The notes under the pieces are model-generated. The model ran no database searches and was not told the origin of the DNA. It saw only the letters and a list, made by a program, of their open reading frames with translations. This document shows, piece by piece, positions 34,788 to 44,768 of a DNA stretch of 64,000 bases (positions are counted from its first letter, which is position 1; the number at the start of each line of letters is the position of its first letter). This DNA is from Macrostomum hystrix (lineage: Eukaryota; Animalia; Platyhelminthes), in NCBI GenBank assembly GCA_950097015.1, contig CATNEN010000039.1:9424001-9488000 (forward strand). Reading direction: 5' to 3'. The position numbers and the translations under genes are program-made.

Positions 34788-36812
34788 CTACACGAACTTT
34801 ACAGGCGCCTCCGCACGAACTCCTTTCCTGCAAATCGGACAGGTCTGCAAACTCACAGAACAGCGACTGCAGCAGCACAGGTGTCCGCAGTCCAGTAAGA
34901 GCACATTGATCTGCCGGTCCATGCACACTTTGCAGGTGCGCCAATCTGTTTCTGGCGACTCCTGTGGCTCACTACTGCAAACTGAACCTTGAAGCCTCAG
35001 TAGGTAGTTTTCTCGAAAGCTTTCCACATCCTCTGAGCGCCACGTCATCGTATCACGCTGGACAACCACGGCAGTCAGCAGCACCTCAGACGTCGCGAAG
35101 TCGTCGCCCGTGGTCATGAGTCGCAGCTCAATGGCGACGCGCACCTCCGCTGTGGAGAAGCCGAGCTGCACCACATTTTGTGCCGCCGGAGTGTCAGTCC
35201 GAGCGCGGAACTCTCGAGATTCCACGCGATATCGGATGCCCAGATTCGACGATAGACGAGCTCTGTGCAATGGCTGCTGTGGAGCCGACTGCGGATGCGG
35301 GCTCGAGCTTGAGAACTCCACGAAGCGAGCAATAAACTCTGCACCTCCGAACGCTCGAGCGCTTCTCACGAAAGAGGCGCCTCGCTCGCTCAGCAGGTGG
35401 CCGCACCTCGGTGACCACACTGCATGGGCTGTCCAGGCGTTGCCGAGCAGCTGAATTCCTGTCGCTGGAAGCCGAAGGTCACACCAGAAGCAGACCAGAT
35501 TCTGGATCGTCTCGGATTGGTCCGAGAAGAACCCAGCTGACGCAACTTGATCTGCCGGCTCGCCAAGCTCCACGCCCTCGAGTGTTTCGAGCCTGTCTCT
35601 CTGGCCGATGAAGTTCGGATGCTCTATCGGCAGTTGAGCCGCCACCCGCTCGAGCATTTCGAGTCCTTGGACTGCGCGGGACTCCATGACAGATCGCAAC
35701 GTCGATGCCCGTGGCAGTGACAGCGATGACGAAGATACCAACAGCTCCGAGGCGCTCGCTTGTCGTCTCTGTCGCCCCGACTGGTCCGACATAGCCAACG
35801 ATCGCAACTCTTGCTCCATCGAGTGCTCGGAGGCCGATGCTGAGGCCTGTGCTGTCGATTCTTCCGCCTCGCTGCACTGGGTCGAATGTTGAGCACGATC
35901 AGCTTCTTTATCGTCCATCGTCTCATTGCCAACGTCCATCCGGAGCACGAATGGGCAGGTTGAGAACTGGATGGCATGAGCCTGCATCACGGACACTCCG
36001 TCACTCACATTCCAGCTCAGCTTGCCTTGGCAGAATGCGCAGCGAACTTGTCCATCGGCAGTCAGGAATAGCCCGGCGGATGCCATCGACCTGGCCAACT
36101 CGACGGTCATCGAAGTGCCGAAGCTGCGAATCCTGGCCGCCTGTGACCTCATCTCCGCGACTGCACCAGCTCCGTCCCTGAAGCTCAGCTGCTGAGGAAC
36201 TCGACTGTCTCTCCGAGCTCCAATGTAGTAGCGGAGGGTCTTGCACAGCGCTGTCTGATCAGTAAAGGGTTTTACTGCCTGCTTTGCAGAATTTTGTATC
36301 TCGGAATAGAAAAACTGTATTGCTCGAGACAGCATCGGGTAGAAAGTTAAACTCATACCAGATTCTATTACTCGAACTTTAATATTGTCAATCATATCTT
36401 TCATTATTGTTATTACATTATTCATCTGTTTCAACATATGTTGACACTTGTTGAATGACTCAAGTAAAAGTTGTTGTAGCTGTCGCGCAAAGTAGTTGAG
36501 AAGGTCTTCAATTTGAGTAGGGCTGGTGTAGAAAATTTTATTGCTTTCTATCGGGCTCATTTGCACCTTGTGAGCACTGAATTCCAGCGGCGTGTTCATG
36601 CCAGGAGTCGTATTAGTCTTCAACGAGTCTGCAAGGCACGGATTGACGAATTGAATAATTGATTGTACCTTCCACTTGCACTGTTTCTGAGACTGCGACT
36701 TAGACTTTTGACTGGTTTTGTTTTTTGCCAACAATCTTTCGGGCTTTTCGCTCTCACTTATCGGTGCCTCATTTTCTACTAACAGTAAGCACTGGTGCAC
36801 ATAGCCGAACAT
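34788..36812 (-). CDS. Inhibitor-of-apoptosis protein A: N-terminal extension, BIR, BIR, UBA, RING (intronless)
   Basis: BIR1 VRCAFC...AHAIQFSTCPFV; BIR2 LVCFWC...AHAVWSPRCGHL; UBA-like VVQLGFS...TGDDFATSEVLL; canonical IAP RING CKVCMDRQINVLLLDCGHLCCCSRC...CPICR. First ATG at 36812 (the ORF track starts at TTG 36827). Confidence 0.9.
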   Translation of the reverse strand: MFGYVHQCLLLVENEAPISESEKPERLLAKNKTSQKSKSQSQKQCKWKVQSIIQFVNPCLADSLKTNTTPGMNTPLEFSAHKVQMSPIESNKIFYTSPTQIEDLLNYFARQLQQLLLESFNKCQHMLKQMNNVITIMKDMIDNIKVRVIESGMSLTFYPMLSRAIQFFYSEIQNSAKQAVKPFTDQTALCKTLRYYIGARRDSRVPQQLSFRDGAGAVAEMRSQAARIRSFGTSMTVELARSMASAGLFLTADGQVRCAFCQGKLSWNVSDGVSVMQAHAIQFSTCPFVLRMDVGNETMDDKEADRAQHSTQCSEAEESTAQASASASEHSMEQELRSLAMSDQSGRQRRQASASELLVSSSSLSLPRASTLRSVMESRAVQGLEMLERVAAQLPIEHPNFIGQRDRLETLEGVELGEPADQVASAGFFSDQSETIQNLVCFWCDLRLPATGIQLLGNAWTAHAVWSPRCGHLLSERGASFVRSARAFGGAEFIARFVEFSSSSPHPQSAPQQPLHRARLSSNLGIRYRVESREFRARTDTPAAQNVVQLGFSTAEVRVAIELRLMTTGDDFATSEVLLTAVVVQRDTMTWRSEDVESFRENYLLRLQGSVCSSEPQESPETDWRTCKVCMDRQINVLLLDCGHLCCCSRCSVSLQTCPICRKGVRAEAPVKFV

Positions 36813-39220
36813 ATTTAGATGGCTCAAGTGTTTAACAATATAGTTGTCGAATTATTCAACCATTCTCGTTGGGGTGTCGGGGGCAAGAGCCAACAATAAT
36901 GGCGTACCTTTTCAGCGCACAAGTCTCATGATGTAACCATATCGGCCATCATTGTTGACTATTTCGGACTTATTAAATTGTTCATTGATTCATTTTTAAC
37001 TAATATGGATTCGCCATAGGGTTTATAGAGAGCAATGCTAGTCTTACTTGCCACCTGCAGGGTCCCGACGATGCTGAGTCGGTCGGTTCATCGTAGACGG
37101 AGGCAGATTAAGATTCAGATGGTGGACTTTCGCGAAAAATTGGTCATTCTGGTTGGGAGCTATCGTGCAGTAGGCAGTGAGCATTTGAAATACCCCATGG
37201 TCTTTTCCCAAAGGTAAAATAGAGTGCTTTTTTCTATCTTTGAGTTGTTAAGAATGGACGATACGAATTTCCGACCTGCTAAAAAAGGAGGTAAAAACTT
37301 GATTGAAAAAATAATCTCACCTTTTTGGTGATCAGTCATTATGCATAAAACAATAAACAGAGTGGCAACTTTCATTTGCGCGCATTAGGCAGACATAGGG
37401 ATGTAGATTCTAGTAAGTTGTTTCTTTCGTTTCCTTTCGTTGCCTGTAACTTAAAAAAACGCTGCAGTAAAAGGAACTATGAAAGGTATACGCTAAAAAT
37501 ACGAAAATTTCCATGCCGCTCCGAGCGTAGAAGCTAGTTTTGTTCAGCTAAGCAAATTAAAAATGCTGTAAATGTAATGCAATGCAAAGGAATATAATTG
37601 GTTTGTCGAATACCAGCTTACAAAAATACAAGAATACATACTCATGGCCAATTGAGTGCAGCCAATGCGAGCCAGTTCTGCTAGTACCGTGTAGCAATGT
37701 CTTGCAATCTGTATGTACAATGGCCCTAGTATAAGCTTGTATATTACGAAAATCTCGCTGAGTACTAAATTTGCAAGTACATAAAATCAATTGAACTGCG
37801 CTTAAAATATTGTAAAGAAAATGTGCAAAATTTTAAAGCAAAAATGATAACATTTCATCACCACTGATGAGCGCAAGGCGTTAGCAGGCAACCCAATATA
37901 AAAAACCTTCAATCACAATTGATAGCCGTACAGTTTCTGGTACTTAAGAAAACCGCAAAAAATTCCCTGCGTTCTATGATGTAGAGAAAACTATAATTCC
38001 AGAGCGACATCACAGTACTTCCGAAACAAGAATCAAGTAATGACATTTCAAAATCAAACAGCGCTGTGCAAGACCCTCCGCTACTACATTGGAGCTCGGA
38101 GAGACAGTCGAGTTCCTCAGCAGCTGAGCTTCAGGGACGGAGCTGGTGCAGTCGCGAAGATGAGGTCACAGGCGGCCAGGATTCGCAGCTTCGGCACTTC
38201 GATGACCGTCGAGTTGGCCAGGTCGATGGCATCCGCCGGGCTATTCCTGACTGCCGATGGACAAGTTCGCTGCGCATTCTGCCAAGGCAAGCTGAGCTGG
38301 AATGTGAGTGACGGAGTGTCCGTGATGCAGGCTCATGCCATCCAGTTCTCAACCTGCCCATTCGTGCTCCGGATGGACGTTGGCAATGAGACGATGGACG
38401 ATAAAGAAGCTGATCGTGCTCAACATTCGACCCAGTGCAGCGAGGCGGAAGAATCGACAGCACAGGCCTCAGCATCGGCCTCCGAGCACTCGATGGAGCA
38501 AGAGTTGCGATCGTTGGCTATGTCGGACCAGTCGGGGCGACAGAGACGACAAGCGAGCGCCTCGGAGCTGTTGGTATCTTCGTCATCGCTGTCACTGCCA
38601 CGGGCATCGACGTTGCGATCTGTCATGGAGTCCCGCGCAGTCCAAGGACTCGAAATGCTCGAGCGGGTGGCGGCTCAACTGCCGATAGAGCATCCGAACT
38701 TCATCGGCCAGAGAGACAGGCTCGAAACACTCGAGGGCGTGGAGCTTGGCGAGCCGGCAGATCAAGTTGCGTCAGCTGGGTTCTTCTCGGACCAATCCGA
38801 GACGATCCAGAATCTGGTCTGCTTCTGGTGTGACCTTCGGCTTCCAGCGACAGGAATTCAGCTGCTCGGCAACGCCTGGACAGCCCATGCAGTGTGGTCA
38901 CCGAGGTGCGGCCACCTGCTGAGCGAGCGAGGCGCCTCTTTCGTGAGAAGCGCTCGAGCGTTCGGAGGTGCAGAGTTTATTGCTCGCTTCGTGGAGTTCT
39001 CGAGCTCGAGCCCGCATCCGCAGTCGGCTCCACAGCAGCCATTGCACAGAGCTCGTCTATCGTCGAATCTGGGCATCCGATATCGCGTGGAATCTCGAGA
39101 GTTCCGCGCTCGGACTGACACTCCGGCGGCACAAAATGTGGTGCAGCTCGGCTTCTCCACAGCGGAGGTGCGCGTCGCCATTGAGCTGCGACTCATGACC
39201 ACGGGCGACGACTTCGCGAC
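35092..39220. repeat. Long inverted repeat: arms 35092-36254 and 38058-39220 (1163 bp), spacer 1803 bp
   Basis: Paired coordinates sum to 74312. Only two differences were seen by eye: E/K at AVA(E/K)M and a synonymous TCA/TCG. Confidence 0.95.
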
Positions 39221-39551
39221 TTCTGGACTGCTTCTAGAAGCAGTGAATCGCCAGAGAGCTAAAATTTTAGATTCTAATATTGACTTGGATGAGTGCGGAG
39301 AAGATGGATTGAGACGCTTGATGCTTCCGAGTGGGTTTTTCCAGAACGTTTCGCTGCTGCGCTGCATTGTCTGCTTCTCGTCGATGCGCACTGCGCAGCT
39401 CGCACGGCCTGCTACTGCCGTGCCGAACATTTTTCTGCCGTGCGGGCATCAGCCCCGAGTGTGCTCAACCTGCGCCAGAAAGTGCAACAAGTGCCCTCAG
39501 TGTGGGACTGAGGTTTCTGGTTGTCTGTCCGTCAACTACTTGGACGAGTAG
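38040..39551 (+). CDS. Inhibitor-of-apoptosis protein B: BIR, BIR, UBA, divergent RING (503 aa, intronless)
   Basis: Same BIR-BIR-UBA block as IAP-A; RING CIVCFSSMRTAQLARPATAVPNIFLPCGHQPRVCSTCARKCNKCPQCG. Confidence 0.9.
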   Translation: MTFQNQTALCKTLRYYIGARRDSRVPQQLSFRDGAGAVAKMRSQAARIRSFGTSMTVELARSMASAGLFLTADGQVRCAFCQGKLSWNVSDGVSVMQAHAIQFSTCPFVLRMDVGNETMDDKEADRAQHSTQCSEAEESTAQASASASEHSMEQELRSLAMSDQSGRQRRQASASELLVSSSSLSLPRASTLRSVMESRAVQGLEMLERVAAQLPIEHPNFIGQRDRLETLEGVELGEPADQVASAGFFSDQSETIQNLVCFWCDLRLPATGIQLLGNAWTAHAVWSPRCGHLLSERGASFVRSARAFGGAEFIARFVEFSSSSPHPQSAPQQPLHRARLSSNLGIRYRVESREFRARTDTPAAQNVVQLGFSTAEVRVAIELRLMTTGDDFATSGLLLEAVNRQRAKILDSNIDLDECGEDGLRRLMLPSGFFQNVSLLRCIVCFSSMRTAQLARPATAVPNIFLPCGHQPRVCSTCARKCNKCPQCGTEVSGCLSVNYLDE

Positions 39552-42500
39552 TTGTTCGTTGCCTAGCGCACGTTCAGTTCGTTTCGGTTTCGGTTCGGTT
39601 CGGTTTCTAAATTTTCTGAATTTTCTATTCTGGGTGCGAAGTTGTTTTTCTATCCTAGTTTAATTTGCGCAAATTTTTTTCTAGCTTTTTTTATATTTTG
39701 CCACATTTTCGCAGTTTGTTTTGCATTTACTTTTCAAAAAACTATTTAAGTTCAAAATTCGAAAAATTCAAATTTTTTTTCTTGCTAAGCAACGAGTCTT
39801 AGCTTTGGTAATTTGTTTTGACATGCATTTTTGGCCACAAAAATAAATAGCTAACGATCAATAGTAAATATAGCGCTCCATAGGTAAAAGTAGGTACGCA
39901 AATTTTTCATGACCACGAGAAACTAAGGTTGATCGCGCTTCCTCTCTCTGTGCAAATTTCAGAAAGTCCAAACTGTGATCTTCCTTGAGTATATATATAA
40001 TATACATGATATCATATGTAGAGTAACATTATATACATTTTTAAAGTGTACTTAATTTGGATCAACTGATTTTGAGATCCGTAATTTTATTTACTAGGTG
40101 CAAAATAGTTGTGGAAGTATTTTTTCTTGGGCGTTTATGTACTCGTAATATGTAATTTGTATAGTTTCACTTCAATGCATGTGTAAATAAATCTGATTTG
40201 TATGCAAGCGGTAAAATGTGTGTAATAAATATATCTCACTTTTTCTTATGCAACAATTTCCAATGTATTTTATTTCCAATATGAGCTAACGTTTGAGAAT
40301 GATCCTCTGTTTTTCCAGTGCTTCTGACTTTCTTAAGTGTGATATAGCCTAAACTAAGCTATATTTAGCATGTGAGTTGTACACTATTGATGTACACTTG
40401 TACACGCACGCACTTACGCAGATGATCGTACTCTCGTATATTCTGTAGACTAATTTTAGCCGTGACGATTGGTTGGTTCCATGTTGGCATTCTAACTTTA
40501 GCAGTAAGCGCGCCTTCTAGGCCCGAACTGGCAAACATTGGAACACTATACTAAGTAGAGAATGGTATATGTTTTCAATTCTGCTTTGGCACGTTTGGTA
40601 CTTTGGTACTTTGGCACTTTGGTACGTTTTGGTGAGTAAACGTGCATTAAATTTAGTGACTTATGATTATTATCTTAGGAACATGCACATGAAAAATTTA
40701 ACAGGATCAAACTCTGTACTAGATTTATAGCAATTCGTTCGAACATTATTTTTCCTCTATGCAGTATGCACTTCAGCTATGATATATACTACTTTAAGGG
40801 AAATGTATGGAAACAAATCGCTAAATCTATTTTAGAGGCTCGTAGGTGTATTCACACACTGCGTGGCTCGTAGAATAACCAATTTAAGCCTAAAACGTTA
40901 TCTAATTCGTTATAAAAATCGATATCATAGAAATGCCAATGCGAGATTAAAGTGTATGCATGAGTTTATAGGAAAAATATGTCGTCTAAAATATTGCTTG
41001 CAATTAGTGATGAAAAAAAGCCATCTTTTGATAAAGTTTCGCTCTAACGACCCTTGTACGTCGGGATCGATTCTTCCTCCCGCGATACACTGGAACAATT
41101 TCGTCGACTGCGGAGAGAACCATAGGGCTGAACTCAAAGCTCATGCCACCGTTTACGCTGGGTGCAGCACCACCTAAAAGCAATTGTGTCACATGTGGGA
41201 GGGGTTTTCAATCGATCCTGCTGTAGGTAAGCTGAGACACACTATTCTGCGCTTATCATTGTATTGTTCGTTGCTAGAACGACTCGTGCTCACACAAATC
41301 AAGGACCCACTATAGTATAGCCATTCATTAGCTAGTCTAGTATAGAAGTACTTTATACAAAAAGAGTCCACCATCCACAGTATAGCGTTAACTTTAGCTG
41401 TATGTACATGCCTTATGGATGCGCCCATATCGCTCGGAAGCTGGCTGCTTCCAGTCAGCTATCGCGGTTTTGCCTCTCAGCTCGTGTCCCTTCAACGAGG
41501 GGTTTAGCGAAGACAAGTCGTGATAGGCTTTGCCTTAAATAATTACTAGTCAAATTGATTTAATCGAATCGCATCCAAATTTACAAGCACAATACGCGTG
41601 TACATTCATCCAAACTGTGTATAATCATCCCAAGGACCATTAGGAATAGACTCTTTTAAGTCTAGAGTCTACTCGTAGTAGTCGGTAGTCGGTCCAATTA
41701 TGGCTGGATTCATCATAAACAAATTATTTTTTATTTTTTAATAAGAAAGACGATGCAAATGTATTTTTAGTAAAAGCGATGTTACTATAAAGCTGCAGCT
41801 GAGACAGACAGACAAATTATCAAGTTCCGAGTTCCTATTTTTAGAAATGAAATAATGCTCACCGGTGTGATTATCCATTACACACACTTTGATGCCTAGG
41901 AACAACGTAAATTTATCAGAAATTTATGAAAAATCTGTTGTGCAAATACGCATTTTATTAAATGTATGAAAACAGTTTAAACCAGTTGTTTAATTTCTTG
42001 CGTAACCTTGAATCATTTCTTTTCGTTTCATACGTTACGTTTGAGATACCGCGGAGAGTACATGAAAATGTTGTTTACGTTCCTTCGCCGTTAAACTTAA
42101 AATGAAAAATCTCGTCAGTGTAGTACATAGCCAAATAGCTTAGGTTATAGGTTATAGTGCCTACTTATGCAGAGGAGCATGATTTTGAATTATTTATCCC
42201 CGCTTAATGCTTGTTATTTTAGCTAGCCTACCAATGCTAAGGCCTAGCATTGTGACCAATGTCCCATCAGAAATAAGTAGGTAGCTAAAGTAAGTTAGAA
42301 AGTGGTATGGTTTAAGGATAGGACTAGACTAGGCTCTTAGGACCTACTCTCTTCGTCTTAAAAAGCAGTGTCTTAATGAGTGTATGACTCTTAACTACTG
42401 GCCTATTCACATATGTCTTAAAAATGTACTTGTTTTTATGCAAAGATGCTAGGCCTTGCTTATGCTTTACCTACTTATACGTTATACTTAGGCCTATAGT

Positions 42501-44072
42501 ATTAGGCCAGTCTAATGTATAACTTTGACTCAGGTGTTAGACCTAGCTAGTTTCTAGCAAATGTTGTCAATAGTAGGCTGTTTAGGTCACTGATTTTTCA
42601 TGACAAATAGGCATTTTGTGACTTTTGTCATTCTTGGCTATTAGGCGGCTTAGGCCTAAGCCCTAATGGTCAGTTCACTTTTTGTGAAGTTTTTTTGTGG
42701 GAACCATAATTTTTTATGGTAGACTGCCTAAGCTAGGCCTATAGTAGGCCTAAAGTGTACATTTTCTAAGTAGCATTTGAATTAGGCCTACCATATTTGA
42801 TTCACATTCAAATAGCCTTGTAGTACGACTTGTACACGACTTGTCTTGTAGTTTATTTTTTTTCTCGATTTTAATTGAAACAAGGTTTGGTGATTTATTT
42901 ATGTTGTACTAAGAAAGGAGTAGATGACTTGCTTGCATTGAGCAATATATCGTTGAATTGAATTGAAGTCTGCTATGCACATTTTACCTATTTAAATCAA
43001 CCACACACACATGGGTGAGAAAAGCTGTGATGTAATAGATGTATAAATTCGCACTGACTGTCTTGTCAGTGGGGTTGACACAGCTATGTACATTTATCAC
43101 ATTGAAATTCTTATCAGTGTACTCACTTTTAACAAAACTGGCCCTGATGCAATCATTAAAATTGGCAGTCGTATACATGTTGACAAAACTGGCTCTGATT
43201 TTCAAACAGTTTTTTCGAATATTTAATCCCTTTAGCAATAAAGTTAAGCTTAATAAAAATATATGTATAATTGTCCCCATATTTGGCATCTTTTGGTGAA
43301 GACGAAGAGATGGTGAAAATGGTTGAGCCATTCGTGATAAAATAAATTTCATTTCACAATTTCACAAGCAAGCAACCATTTCATTTTTAGTATAGGGATT
43401 TTTGAGAAAATTGATCGCCCATATATATATATATAGATAGTTTTGAATTTTAGTATAGGGATTAGATATTTGCTAATTTATATAAAAACTTTAGGCAACC
43501 AGGGATTGCAGGGATTCATATTTGTATAAAATAGTGCATTCTGTAGTTAGCATTGTTCCAAGATGCTTTAGCTACACCTACAGCTACAAGTATTTATTTA
43601 GAGAGCTTCATAGTCAAACAAAAATTACTAATATGCTTTTTATAGTAAATTGCAATGATTTAAAATTAAATCTTTAAATAGAACAAGGACAGGCCTGATC
43701 AATTTCCATAGCATTAAGTTTTAAAGACTTGTGCATGTACAATTTAACTATATTTTGTTATTACTCAATATAGCAAATTGAATACAATTATTTATTTGTA
43801 ATTTTAGCAGATGACTTCGATGACTTGGAAATTTAGAGTTATCAGGTAAATTTTTTAAGATAAGTTCCAAATATTTTAAATCAAGGCCAACTAATATTGT
43901 GTGCTCAGAATATAAAAATCTAATTTTTTATCATTTAAATCTAATTATATTAATTAAGTTTTACTTTACATTTTCTAGCATTCACGTGATGTACTGTACA
44001 AAACATTTTTATCATAAAATATTTTGAGTTCTAAAAATATAATGCTGTGAAGGAGTTCAAATATGTTTAGGG

Positions 44073-44385
44073 GGTCAGTGGCAGAGCAGTGGCTAAGATT
44101 GATTTAGGCCAAATTAAATTGGGGTGCAGCCACAAAGAGAAGGCTTAGGGGCTTGTCATGCAATTTATGCCCTTGAGGGCAAACCTCCTAGGTCCAGTGA
44201 ACTGTACACTGCCTGACAATGAGAAAGTCAGGTCGGATTTACAAACCTGTGGTAGCATATGCATATGTACAGTATCTGTGTGCGTGTGTGCTCAGGAGTC
44301 AGAAAAATTGGCAGAATTGCCTCCTCGCTGGCTGTAGGTCTAGTGTCACCAAATGATGTGCCATTGCCCGCAGCCCTCCTTCAAT
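44073..44385 (+). mobile_element. SINE family A copy, CpG-decayed
   Basis: Alignable to 30249-30560 with many CG>TG/CA changes. Confidence 0.85.
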
Positions 44386-44768
44386 TATTATTTTCACTGT
44401 AATGTTCTATGTTCAATGTTGCTCTTCTATGTTTTATGTTCTAATCTAGCAGCTTTGTTCTTGTGCCCAGTTTAGCTGGGCACAAGAACTCGCAACCAAT
44501 CAGAATAAACTACTCGTTAAGCAGATATTCACCTCTTCAACTAGTCTAACGGCTTAGCATAAGTAAAACAAAATCTCCTTTCCATTGCCTGGGCTTTTTC
44601 AGGGTTGCAGCAACAACAGCAGCGCAGTAGTTACAGAATTGAATCGCCCGGAAGTGCTGCAGAGTGTTCTGAGCCTCCTCAGATCTTGTTTTCCATTTGC
44701 AATTTGAAGGCATTATGATTTATTCTTAGTTAAAAGGACAAAAGTATTAATAATAATATATTTCAACA

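Noticed and set aside
34788-39551. Viral or Maverick-borne IAPs
   Set aside because: No viral, integrase or polymerase genes or element termini nearby; the UBA-containing architecture is cellular.
35110-39663. Alternative-frame and antisense ORFs overlapping the IAPs
   Set aside because: Shadow ORFs of GC-rich coding DNA, duplicated only because of the inverted repeat.
40863-41428. Short ORFs in a modestly GC-rich patch
   Set aside because: No recognisable domain or consistent exon chain; possibly a decayed fragment.
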